A DNA stretch of 63,845 bases, filler included, from Rhizaria sp. SCN 62-66 (lineage: Eukaryota): assembly GCA_001724265.1 (NCBI GenBank). It is 3 parts of 3 records of this genome, joined end to end, with 100 filler letters (N's around TTAATTAATTAA, not from the genome) between each part and the next. Parts side by side here need not be neighbours in the genome. Positions count along the whole stretch, not along the records: positions 1 to 31,061 come from MEDY01000459.1; positions 31,162 to 51,296 come from MEDY01000460.1; 1 more part is not named here. The stretch is one strand, 5' to 3'. The notes under the pieces were generated by a model that had not been told where the DNA came from, did not search any database, and worked only from the letters and a program-made list of their open reading frames with translations. Position 1 is the stretch's first letter. Each line of letters opens with the position of its first letter. This document shows, one piece after another, positions 24,101 through 36,154 of the stretch. The position numbers and the translations under genes were made by a program.

Positions 24101-27100
24101 CACGCCCGCAGCTGAGTCGGGCATACCGCACCCGGGCGGCCGCGTGTTCCACGCCATGAACATCGCGGCCAACGGCGATGTGTACCTCTACGGCGGCCGC
24201 GGACACGCCGTCGGCGCGTACGTGCGCCCCATCGTCCAGCCGGCCCTGCTCTTAAGCGAGCTCCCGGCCCCCGCGCCGTTCACGCTGCCGCTTAAGGGCC
24301 GGTTCAGCACCACAGTAAACGAAAACGACGCAGTGTCGCTGCACGCGTTTCTTTACACCAAGGCGGAGATGGAGGCCGCGGGCCTGCCCGCCGACGTGCC
24401 GCTGTCATCGCTCGACGTCATGGTGAAGCTCAGCACCGACTCCGTCTTCGCTGAAACGGGCGTCTGGGACTCCACCAGTCGGTTCCGCGTCCGCTCGCTG
24501 CTCACGTCGACGTCGTTGACTGACTTTACAGACACCACGGCGAGCTTTCTCGACACGTACGAGTCGTCTCTGCTCGCGCAGCCCGTTGTCTCGATCGACC
24601 CCACGGCGTGGGCCCCGGGCACTTTCATGGCGATCAACTCCCCGTACATGAAGGACTCGTTCCCCGACTCGGCGACCGTCACGCAGGCGCTCTCGAGCTC
24701 CAACTACATCATCCTGATCTTCGCCGTCGAGTACAAGCTCTCCGGCACCGGCAACACGTCACAGCTTGCCCGCTTTGGGCTCGAGACGACGGATACTATC
24801 TTCGAGCGCGCGCTCTCGTTGCTCAAAAACGCCGGGTCCGCGACCGGACTCGCGACGCGCAACTACGTGCGCTCCACCATGCGGCCCGTGCTGCTGTTCC
24901 GCTCCCCGCTGCCCGCGCATCCGCTGACGCAGCCGCCCGTGTCGCTGTCGCCTTTTGTCGCGCCGCAGCTCGACGACCTGTGGCAGTTCTCCCGCACCAC
25001 GAGCACGTGGACGCTGCTGCGCGGCTTCGTGGCGCCCAACTCGCGCACGAGCTCCACAAGTGACCGCATAGTCCTGCCCGGGACGGCGACGACGTTCTGG
25101 CCCGGCGCGCGGCTGGGCGCGTCGCTGTCAATCCCCTCAACGAGCACGCTGAGCGCGCCCGTGACCAGCGACGCGTCGCTCTTCCTCCGCGGCGGCTGGA
25201 CCGCGGGCTCGACCCCCACGGCGGAGAGGCTGTTTTTCGTCAGCCCGGCCGTGGAGCGGCACATGGAGGACTGCGAGCAGCTCACGGTGCACGACGACCT
25301 CTGGACGGTGGACATCACGGCGGGCACGTGCATCGACAGCACGGCGCCTGGGCAGGACATACTCCCGTGCCACCTGCCCACGGACAACAACAACACCGCG
25401 CGCCTCACGCCGTGGCTGCCCCAGAGCCACATCGTCTACGGCGAGCATGCCCGTGAGTCCCTGTCGCTGGCTAGCGGCAATACCTGCCCTTCGGGGTTTG
25501 CCGCCACTTACTGTAACAGCATGGGCAGCTGCGTCCCCGGTGGCGGTTCCGCGTTTTGCCACTGCAACGACTACACGCAGGGGCCCTCGTGCGCCACTGC
25601 CAGCACGACCGAGATCAAGGCCAAGCTCCAGCTCAGCTTCGGCTCCGCGCTGCTGCCGGCCGCCGCGACCCCGACCGTGCTGCCCTTCGCCGCCGTCGCG
25701 CACCGGCCCGGCACCGGCGAGGTCTACAGCTTTGGCGGCGTCGTCGTCGACGCGGCCGGCAAGGCCTCCGCCAGCGCGGCCTTCACGCGCGTCGACTTGG
25801 TTGCCAACACGGTGATCGAGGTCCCGCGCACGACGGGCTTCGCCGTGTCGCACGACTACTCGCAGGCGCTAATCCCCACTTTCGACATCGGGTTGCCGTA
25901 CGCTGGGACGACGGCGCCGCCGCCGACGGTCGAGTCGCACGCGTGGTTTTCGCCCGACGGGCTGTTTATGTATCTCTACGCCGAGAGCTTCGTGGCGCCG
26001 CCCGGTCTGTGGGTCTACACAGTCCCGTCAAAGGTACGCATTTTGTGCAAAGATTCCTCTATTTTCTCACCTCGATTTAGCTTATTTAATTATGATGTCG
26101 ATTTTCGTCGAATAGTTCCCTTTTTTCAGCTTCTTACAACAACAAAAAATCAAACGTGTGTTTTGTATCATATCTTTCTCTTTCCACGTGTATAACGACA
26201 GTCTTGGACGACGGCGGGGTATAATCATATGAGCCACAACGCGTCGTACCCGTGGGGCACGGGGTCGTACAACTACAACGCGGGCGCCAACGGTGTCCCC
26301 GGTGTGAACTACCACCCCGGCGCGCGCCAGGGCTTTGCGAGGGCGTCGTACTCGTCGGAGGCCTCTGCCGACAACGCCTCGATGTTCTGCATGTACTCGG
26401 GAACGCAGACATATGAGTCGGGTAACCACGGAGACACGTACAACACGGATCTGTGGTGCCTCTTTACCAAGACTAACTCCATGAGTGGAGTCCATGATGC
26501 GCAGTACGTTGCGGCATTTACTCAAAAGTTGAAATGTTCATAACTGTCTTCTTGCACACGTCACCGCTCTCACTTTTCCTCATCCCCATTTTTGCTCACG
26601 TGTTTCTTCCCTTCATTGTTTTTGTTTGAACCTTGTTGTTCTTGTAGGTGGGCGCGCATGGCGGGTAGCTCCAACCAGACTCCCATCGATTACTTGCCCG
26701 TCGCCAGCGAGTCTGGCACGTTCGCCGCCACCAACAACCCCGGTCCACGCCTCGGTGCCAGCATGACGTTTTCCCGTGACGGTCGCTACCTCTATCTCTT
26801 CGGTGGATCTCTCCTTGGCCGCCCTAAGGTCAATGGTGGCAAGATCCCGACCCCGGCTCTTATGGCCGACCTCTGGGTGTTTTCCTTTGCGCTGAACCAG
26901 TGGGCGTACCTCTCCGGCCCGCTCACCTGGGCCGTGCAGGGCAGTCCGCACGCGCGCAGCACCGTCGCCACCGTTGGCGCGTTCTCGCGGCTCCAGGCGC
27001 CCGGCGCGCGCGCCTTCGCGAGCATGACGACCGACGCCGAAGGGCTGTTGTACGTCGGCTACGGGCTGCGGCTGCCGCTGACTGCAGGGACGTCCCTAAG

Positions 27101-30100
27101 CGACGGCGTGAGCGCGGATTTGGCCGACGCCTCGTGTCTCGAGGGCACGGTGTTTGCCGTGTATGCTGAGCAGCTGCACAACAGCTCCTGGACGCCGCCG
27201 GCGACGTCGGCCGCGACGGTGGCCACGGCTCCAGCCTCGCACAACGTCGGCAGCGAAATCCCCGCGTGGGCGCTGCTGGTGAACCCGGTCAACATCGCGG
27301 TGCCGCCGACGCTGACGTTCGTGTGGGCCGCGACCACGGACGACGCGCGGCTTGGCGCCGCGTTCCTCATGCTGCCAAGCACCATCGGCACCGCCAACGC
27401 GCTGTACGCGAACAAGGCCGCGGTCCTCCTGCGCTCGGGCGGCCTGACGTACGCCTCCGGGGCTGCGCTCGATGGCGGCTTGACGACCGCGTACCCGTTC
27501 TACCTGCACTCGAAGCTGCGCTCGGACGTCGACCAGTCCGCGCTCGTGGCGCTCACGTCGCCGTGCTCGCAGAACCCCTGCACCAACGGCGGCACGTGCA
27601 GCGTGTGCACGGTCGCGTCGTGTCTGGCGGAGTCTCCGACTTACTTCGTCGGTCTGAGTTCCAAGAACTACAAGTGCCACTGCCCGTCAGGCCGGTACGG
27701 TGAGCACTGCGAGTTCAGCCGCGCGACCTACGCGCCCACGACGGCGCCCGCGGTGCTCTCGCTGGCCTGCGGCACCAACAGCACGCCGCTCGACTCGCTC
27801 AACACCCCCTGCACGTGCGCGGCGGGCGCCACGGGCACACTCTGCTCCCCTATCAAGGCGCGCGTGCACGTCAACGTCACCGACGGCGCCCCGCGGCCCA
27901 GCGCCGCGCCGCGCTTCTACGCCGCGGCGACGACGGTGCGCAGTCTGCCCGCGACGAGCGCTGCCGCGCTGGGGCTGCCCGTGAGCTCGACCGTAACGTT
28001 CGTCGCCGGCGGCACGGACAGCGTGGACACGACGACGATGACGTCGGCCATCACGGCGCACTCGCTCACGGCGCGCACCAGCGTCGCCGTGGTGCTCGAC
28101 GTCGCCGTGAACCCCGGCACGCCCGTGCTGGAGACCAACGTGACCAAGGGCACGGTGGCCTACACGGGGCAGCACATGGGCGCCTCGCTGGTGTTTTTCC
28201 CGCAGGGCAACTGCCTTTTCTTGTTCGGTGGCATTGTCAGCAACGGTGAGAGCGGCCATGTCGTGAACGTACGTAAAAATTTCTCAATCTTATCTGAACA
28301 AGGAAAAATGAATCAATCTTCTTTGTCATCCGCTAATCTTTGCTCGGATTCTCCTCTTGTATTGACATCATATATTTTTCTCTTAGCGCGAGTACTTCGA
28401 GCGTCTGTGGCGCATCCCCGTCGCCGCAGATTCGCTCAAACTTCCCCCGGAGCTTCTGAGCGGCCGCAACACGGACGCGAAGCCCTCCCCGACGCTCTTC
28501 ACCGCCTCGGACCTGGTCGACGTTGGCAGCGTCGGCCACCAGCACCGCCGCGACGCCTCCGTCTACCCCATGGGCTACCCGGGCGCGCGCGCTTTCCACA
28601 ACTCAGTGCTCGTCACGCTCAGCAGCGGCACGGGCGCCGCGGAGCACTGGGTGTACACCTATGGCGGTTTGGTTCCTTCGGCGGCGGGCACGCAGGTGGC
28701 CTACCGCGGCGATCTCTGGCGATACCGCGCCGCGGCCACGGACAACGTCGTTTGGCAGTACGTTGGCTGCGCCACGGGCCTCGACTACTTCCCCAACACT
28801 ATGTACGCACGCAACCTCACCATCGATCTGGCGAGCTACTGCCCCGCGGCGCGCGCGCGCGCCTCGCTGGTGGCGGTGGGCGAGACGCTGCTGCTGAGCG
28901 GCGGCGTCGGCGTCCGCGGCGCGCTCGACGACGTGTGGAGCTTCAACCTCGTCGCCGAGACGTGGACCCTGATCGCGGGCAACAGCCTGAAGCTACCGCT
29001 GGACGCCTCCACCGCGGCGGTGCTGCCCGTGTTCACGGGGGCCATGCTGAGCCGCACGATGGGGTCGCGCTACGACCACAGCTGCGACGTGGCGCCCGGA
29101 GAAACTAAGGTGTACTGCTACGGCGGCATGACGGCGCGCGCCGTGTACGCCGACGTCTTCCGCAACGCCGTGCCCATCACGCTGTCGCGCGCGGCGCACT
29201 TTCCCAGCGTCAAGGACCCGGCCGTCGTGACGTATCCGTTCCGTGACGCCAAGGGCGACGGCGTGACGGCGAGCCGCGTGGGAAGCTTCGTGCCGCGCGC
29301 TCTGCTCGACCAGGCCGGCGTGCTGGTCGGGATGTCGGTGCGCAGCGTCACCTTCTTCCTCACGCGGCCCGTCGACGCGCGCGTGCGGGTCACGGCCAAA
29401 GTCACGGTGCAAAGCGTTGCGGATGATCCGACAGGCAAGCTGACTGACACGATCGTAGGCAGTAACGGGACGAAGACTCTCTCGTACGCTGACTTTGGCA
29501 ACACTGGCACTGAGTTCTCCGTGCCTCTGGACTCGGCTCTCCTGTTCCCGTCAGACAGCTATGGCCTCGTCATTGCGCTCGAGGTCACCGTGCTCAGCGG
29601 CGACGGCGCTGCTGGCTTTGGCAGCGGCGGGCAGGTCGAGGAGTCGCTCGCCTACGGCAGTTTCGTGACAACTGCCACCGCGAACGTCTTCACCCTCTTC
29701 TCAGGCGTCCGGACCAAGAACACTCACTTCACCACTACGGCCGAGGGCGTCGCGGACGTGTACGAGACGTACCTCGTGCCGCAGATGCGCCTGCTGCTCT
29801 CCCCGCCCGCCGGCGGGCTCACACACGGCCACGCCCCGTCGTCGGACCTCTTCGTCATCGAGACGGCCGTGGCCGCGCGCACCATCGCCGCGGTCTTCGC
29901 ACCCCCGCTCAAGGCCGCGCCCTCGGCCGCCGTGCTCACCGCGGCGCTGTCCAGCGCCGTCGTCAACGGCGGATACCGCAGCGACCCCGTCATCGAGGAA
30001 GCCGAACTCGGCTACGGCACCGTCTGGAGCGCCTTACCGGTGCCCGACACTGACCCTTCGACGCCGGCGCATTTCGGCACCCGCGCCGTCACGCTCCCCG

Positions 30101-31061
30101 CGCTCGCGTCGCACACCTTCGCGCTCATCGAGGACCCGGGCGCCGTGTACGCCATGCAGGGCATCCCCGCCTTTACGCTCTACGGCGGTCGGTGGGCGCT
30201 CGAGACGCCGTACGAAACGACCCAGACGTTGGCGGTGGACCAGCTCGCCGGGTCCGCGACCTTTTTGGCCACGCAGAGCGACCAGTCGGTTCCGAGTTCG
30301 AGGTACATTGCTGACATTAACACGGCTCTTTTATATGTTTCTTCAATTTATTGTTTAACTTTACACATTATTTCATTCGTGTATGCTCACTCTTGCTTGA
30401 CACGTGATTATCTATTTTGTATCGACCTGTAGCGCTTACGCCTTGCGTAACGTCTACGTCTTCCACGCAGGCCTCAGCCTGCCCCCATACGTTCCCCTCG
30501 CTGCTCCGAAGCTGCCGTACCCACAGCCAACCGCGCTACGCTTTACCGCGGCCATGAACGAGGTGCGGCTGACCTTCGACATGGCTACGCAGCAGCCGCG
30601 CAGCACGACGTCCGCGTCGACGGCCAACTGCGCCATCGTTTTCCCCCAAACTGCGCTGGGGCCGTTAGGTGACGCGCCGCTCTGCGCGTGGACGTCATCC
30701 ACAGGTATGCACACGATATCACATTTGCATCGAAGAAATGAAACTATGGCGTGAATGAACGTCTTGTTTGTCTCCTATATCGCACATTAATCTTACCCCC
30801 TTACCCTCGAACTTTTTTCGTGTTGATTCTTCCAAATCCACAGTCTTCAGCATGATTCTCGGCGCCTCGTTTACCGCGCGCGTCGGCACCTCTCTGTCGC
30901 TCCTCGGCGGCGTCATTCGCCGGGACACAACAGCGACTGGAGCGATGTACTTGCCCACCAGTACTGTCACCATTCTGGATCCTGATACCACACCCGTGAC
31001 CCCTGTCTCAGTCATCTCAGGGCCCTCTACGATTGGCCCATGTGACGCGCTGACGCTGTGG
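21119..31061 (+). CDS. Giant secreted/surface protein with kelch-type repeats, EGF-like domains and the start of a REJ/PKD-like region (>2900 aa, 3'-truncated by contig end; start codon unresolved, possibly ATG 21020)
   Basis: Exons ~21119-22499, 22679-23474, 23650-26033, 26202-26503, 26648-28268, 28387-30302, 30433-30704 and 30844->31061 all splice in phase. It has a hydrophobic leader (LALLLLFLAAFC), repeated PGAR/PAAR...L(W/Y)LFGG...DLW kelch units, EGF motifs (CSQNPCTNGGTC...CHCPSGRYGEHCE) and a terminal VISGPSTIGPCDALTL typical of REJ-domain starts. Two in-frame TAG occur in the first large exon (21363, 21774). Confidence 0.78.
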
Positions 31062-31161
31062 NNNNNNNNNNNNNNNNNNNNNNNNNNNNNNNNNNNNNNN
31101 NNNNNTTAATTAATTAANNNNNNNNNNNNNNNNNNNNNNNNNNNNNNNNNNNNNNNNNNNN
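31062..31161. other. Artificial contig linker
   Basis: 44 N + TTAATTAATTAA (stops in all six frames) + 44 N. Confidence 0.97.
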
Positions 31162-31227
31162 AAATAAACCACGTAGTTTGATAACTTCTACGAAAGTGCG
31201 CCAAAGTCGCAAAAAAAGCGCGAATTC

Positions 31228-31259
31228 GCGTTTTTTAGTTGACGCTACATAGGGGTTAT
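31228..31259 (-). mobile_element. Terminal inverted repeat of a DNA transposon at the left end of contig 2
   Basis: The 32 bp GCGTTTTTTAGTTGACGCTACATAGGGGTTAT is the exact reverse complement of 51202-51233 and lies next to the contig break. Confidence 0.7.
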
Positions 31260-31374
31260 ACACATTCGTTTTGTAACACACATTCAAAGTCTTTGTACCC
31301 TCTAGATAAATATGTTCAATTATTAATGAGAAGTGATAAGTTTTCAAGTTAGCAAGATGCGCAATGCGGTCCAC

Positions 31375-33475
31375 TCACTGAGGCGAGCTCACGTCCCCCT
31401 GCATCGACTGTTGCGGCTGCACCTGTGCTGCATGGTACTGCTGCTCCTGCGCCTGCGCCTGCGTCTGCGGTGTCACATAAGTCTGCTATGTGTACTGCGG
31501 TTGCGAGTACTGAGCGTACTGGTGCGGCTGAGGCTGCTGCGACTCTGACTGCGTCTGCGCGGGTGCGTAGGTCGCCATCTGCGGCTGCGGCTGCACTGAC
31601 TGTTGTTGTGAAGCGGCGGTGTACTGAGGCTGCGCGTACACATACTGTTGCTGCTGCACTGGAGCCGACGTCGTCTGCACCTGCTGCTGCTGCTGCTGCT
31701 GCTGCTGTGGCGCGTACTGTGCAGCCTGTTGTTGCTGCTGTTGTTGTTGTTGCTGTTGTTGTTGGATGTACTGGCTGTAGTAGAGCGCCTGCTGTTGCTG
31801 CTGCTGTTGCTGCTGTTGCTGTTGCAGCGCGCGCAACTGTTCCACGTAGCTGTTCTTCTGTGAGAGAAGCGTCGGCAAGTATGACGCGAGCGCGTCGCGT
31901 TGCCCCTGCGACAGCTGCGCCTGCGCGCGCTTCTCGGCCGAGCCCGCGGGGTCTGTAGCCGCAAGCGCGTCGGCCGCCAGACGCTGCTCCTCCTCCTGCT
32001 TGATCAGCAGCGTGAGCGCATCCTGGTACTCCTTGTACATCTTATCAGTCTCGGCGACCTTCTCCTCCAGCGCGCGCGTGGCGCCGGTGCTCGCAGACGG
32101 AGACGCCGCGGCGGCTGACTGCACTTGCGACTGGGACTGCGTCTGCGTCTGAGGCTGCTGCGCGTAGCTATACTGTTGCTGCTGTTGCTGTTGCGAGGGC
32201 TGCGTTTGGTGCACTGGCTGTGCGGGATGGAGGGCCTGCGAGCCGGGCTGCGACGCTGGCTGCGAGGCCGGCGCCGAGGTCGCATAGAGCCCCGGCGTGG
32301 CGGCCCCGTGCTGCTGCGAAGACGGGAACACGGCGGGCGACACCTGTGACGCGGGATGGCTATGGCTCTGCACGTACGACATCTGCGGCGGCTGCGACTG
32401 CGCGTGGTGGTACTGCTGCTGCGGCTGCTGCTGAGCATGTGTGGTCGACGTGGGCGCACTGTACACTGAGGAAGACGCACTTTGTACCTGCGCCTGAGCG
32501 TGCGCCTGCGCTTGAGCCTGCAGATGGTGTTGGTGCTGCGCAGCGTAGTACTGCTGGTACGCCAGCTGCTGCTGTTGCTGCTGTTGCTGCTGCAGTCGAA
32601 GCTGCGCTTGAGCGTCCATCTGCCCATACCCAGTCGCGACAGCGTCACCGTAACCCGCGTTGTTCACCGCGGGGTACGCAGCGGTGCTCGACGCGGAGTA
32701 CGCTGTGGTGCTCGCTGCGGAGTACGGCGCGGCGTTCGCCGCCGGGTACGCCGCGTAAACCGGCGCGACGGACGCGTATCCGCCCTGGTCTGCGCGGTAC
32801 ATCGTCCCAGGCGCCGCCGCGTAGGTCGCGTAGCCCGCGACGGGCGCGGCAGGCGCGTAACCGGGGTAGCCCTGGTAGCTGACCGCGGGGGAGGAGGTGG
32901 GCATTGGCACGGGCGCAGGCGCGGGCAGTGACGACGCCGAGACAGAGGCTGCGGGGAGCCGCGGCAAACCAGACCCAGCGCCGGCATTAGCATTCGCGCC
33001 AGAGCCAGAGCCAGAGATAGAGTTAGAGTTAGAGCTGGCGTTGGCGCCAGAGGAAGCAGTCGCGGCGGGCGAGGGTGCGATGAGCGAGCGCGCGATTTTA
33101 AGCCGCACGACAACGTCCCCGGCTGCAACAGACGCGCGTACGGCAGCGCGCGTCTCGTCGTTGTGCTGGCGGCACGTACCGCAGCGGTTTCCGCACAGCT
33201 TGCGCGTGGCCGTCGACGGGACGGCGCAGTAGGAGTCGAACAGCTTCGCCAGGAAGGCCGGCGACGGGGAGACGGCGAGCGGGCACTGTGTGAGGCAGTC
33301 CGCGGCCAGCAGCCCGGTGGGCGACGCGGCCCAGGGCGGGAGGCCGGGCGCGTACACCGTGCCGGGGGACTCGCCGGTGATGACCTCGGTGCCAGAGTCC
33401 TCGGTGTCGACGCACACGAAGCCGTTCTGCAGCGTGAGTGTGCACTGGACCGGGCCGTCGTGGCCTGAGGCGGCG

Positions 33476-33507
<32 letters not shown>

Positions 33508-34132
33508 AGCCGCGGAGCCAGGGGTCGCGGCGGCCGCGCCGGGCGTACTGGCCGGCAGCGTCAGCATCATCGTCTGGACTTGCATCTTGCCGGTGCCACG
33601 CGAGGAGATCACACGCGCGCTCGGGCCTGGCGCAGGCGTCGCCGCTGCTGTTGCCGCTGTTACAGCCGGCGTGCCGGCAGCCTGTGCGCTGCCTCCAGTC
33701 ACAGTCGCCGTCGCAGAGGCTGATGCGGAACTGGGCGCAGCAGGCAGAGTAGCGGGCGAGACGCCAGCGCCGGTCGCGTATACGACGCCGTTGCTGCTGC
33801 TGCTGCTGTACTGCTGCAGCGGCTGCAGCGGCGCGTAGCCACCGGCGGGTTGCCCCCAGCCGCCGCCGCCACTGCCGCCGCCGGTTGCCGTCGCCGACTG
33901 GCTAGACCCGGTGGCATATGCGCCGTAGCCGCCGCTGCCCTGAGTCTGCAGCGTCGATGAGAGTGACGACATTGTCGTCGGCGGGGGCGGGGGCGGGAAG
34001 GGCTGGGCGAAGGGCCCCTGTAGCGGCTGCTGCAAGTGCGAAGGCTGCTGCATCTGTGCGTAGAGCGCCTCAACGGCCGGCGATGAGCTGCTGCGAACAG
34101 TCCCATACGTATCGCCTCTCCCGCCGTAGCTA

Positions 34133-34169
<37 letters not shown>

Positions 34170-34618
34170 AGCGGTTGTCGTTGAGCGAAAGCATCACCAC
34201 ACCTGAGCCAGAGCCCGCAGGCACAGAGCCGAGGCTCGCATTCACACTCACACTCAAACTTCCATTGGAGTTGGAGCCTGCGGAGGAATCGGAGGCACGG
34301 GGGCCACCTCGCGCGCCTGCGGCGCCGGGCTGCGGCGGCCGCACGGGTCCGATCACCGCACCGGCGCCATGAGCAAGCGCGTCCTCAGCGCCAGCGCCCG
34401 CGGCGGCACCAGCGGCGGCGGCGTTGGCGGCGGTGGCGGCGGGAGCGGGCCGTTTGCGCTTCGGACCGGGCTTGCCGGCCGCCGCGGCGGCTCCTGTTTG
34501 CGCAGCGGCGGGCGCAGCGGCGGCCGCGGAGGGCGGGTCTAGCGAGGGCATCGCAGGGCCAGCACCAGGACCGTTGACGGCGAGCGCTGCTTTGTCCGCT
34601 GATTTATCTGCTGCTTTG

Positions 34619-34659
<41 letters not shown>

Positions 34660-35292
34660 GGCGGCGGCGGCGCCCTTAGCTCCCTTGCGGTGCGTGGGCG
34701 TGGCGGGTTGCTTCGCGCCGCCGGCGGCCGAGGCCGCGGAGTGAGAGGCGTGATGGTGGTGGTACGCATGGTACACAGGCGGAGGCGGGGCCGGGAGGGG
34801 CGTGGCGATGCACTTGGTGAGGTGCTGGGCGAAGCGGGATGAGTTCAAACCGCGGTTGCAGCGAGGGCAGTTCACGTCTGAGGACAGAAAAAACGGGCAG
34901 ATGCGACGGGGCGCAACAGGGATGTGAGCATGGGAGGTTATAACGCACACAAGAGCGACTAGTAATAAATTGCCGAGAGACGGTGTCAAGAGACAGCATG
35001 GGATAGAAACGTACTTGTGTCAACAGATTTTGCAATTTTGAACCCAAAAACATCAACGTCTGTGGGAAATAGTGATACAAGATACGTAGTGCAGAAACAA
35101 GACTTCTTGTGAGGAACGTATTGAGGCAGAAAAAGGCAGCTGAAAACAAAGTGCGACGACGTGTGGAGTTGAAGACAAACCTGGAGCGCCGCGAAGCCAC
35201 TGACCAATGACAGCAAAGCGGTGCGCGCGAGCAGCACTGTCAGCCATCGACTCAAAGTCGTCGTCACAGGAATCCGCGGGATAATTGTCCAT
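31375..35292 (-). CDS. SGF11: SAGA deubiquitination-module subunit SGF11/ataxin-7-like 3 (Sgf11 zinc finger + SCA7 domain, long Ala/Gln-rich tail)
   Basis: Exons 35292-35205, 35059-35015 and 34877-31375. The Sgf11 ZnF reads DVFG...CPRCNRGLNSSRFAQHLTKC and the SCA7 domain reads CAVPSTATRKLCGNRCGTCRQHNDETRAAVR. The frame reads through TAG 31488-31486 for 36 more Gln-rich codons to TGA 31377-31375. Confidence 0.8.
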
Positions 35293-36154
35293 CGCGGCAA
35301 AGGGGCGCGCGCGCAGCGAGTGCTGAGGCAGGAGAGGGAGACGCGCGAAACTGAGGGGCTGCGCAAGTGAGAGCCCGAAAACCACGTCTCACTACACGAG
35401 AGAAGAGCAGCTAAGTCGGGGTAGGGCGTATCAGAACACCAATATGAGATTGGTTCCAAAACAGAAAGTTAGATGTCAAGGGATGAGCGCTTACTGGCTT
35501 AAAATGCATGCGAGCAAACATGAACAGCAAGTTACGCAGTGGTGGTGACACGCAAGAAGCAACGTGGCACAGGTTACTAAGATGGAGCAGAGTCAGAACC
35601 ACACAAAAACAAAACAGCGAACTTCTTTGCATACTATAACTAGCGTTCACCAACAAGCGTGATGACTATCACGTGCACGGCTCGCTTGCGTGTTGTGATG
35701 GCTGAGCGGGCGAGGCACTTTAACGGGCGGCTTCTTTAAGAGGATTACACCACTCACAACCAAAGTGTTACATCAAAGTAATAATAACACAGTAAACAAA
35801 ACCAAACGGTCAATAGCAGCAGCAACGCATCAGTCTATACATGGAAGTACCTGCGCGTTATCACTCAATTTTGGGTGCGCGAACTGAGATCGCTTCGTCG
35901 CCACAGCGGCGTCGCCGGTTGACTCGGTCAGACTGGCGGCAAGAAGACGAACGAGACCTTATCTGTCACGGACCGTGTTGTAATTCAACATTTAGATTAT
36001 GTGTGGTGTTTATTATATTCTCTTTGATTTGAGCGTTATACAACGGTCTCCCCACAGCGCTGCTGCATCACTAAAGTTCGCCGCCGTCAAAGCTCACCGT
36101 CACTCCAACACCCCCATTTGACTCCATACGCAGACCAACACAGGCGCGCTTACA

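Noticed and set aside
31062-31161. TTAATTAATTAA flanked by N runs (also 51297-51396) as a biological motif or piggyBac target
   Set aside because: Exact 44N+12+44N layout twice. It is a six-frame-stop assembly linker, so gene adjacency across it is not meaningful.
11885-31488. TAGs as pyrrolysine/selenocysteine sites or as pseudogene/RIP-type damage
   Set aside because: Contexts are non-catalytic and Gln-rich, and no Pyl machinery is visible. Decay would be expected to add TGA, TAA and frameshifts, and would not explain the absence of terminal TAG.
31678-31826. CAG/CAA and GCN trinucleotide runs as independent repeat elements
   Set aside because: They are coding poly-Gln/poly-Ala tracts within the annotated genes.
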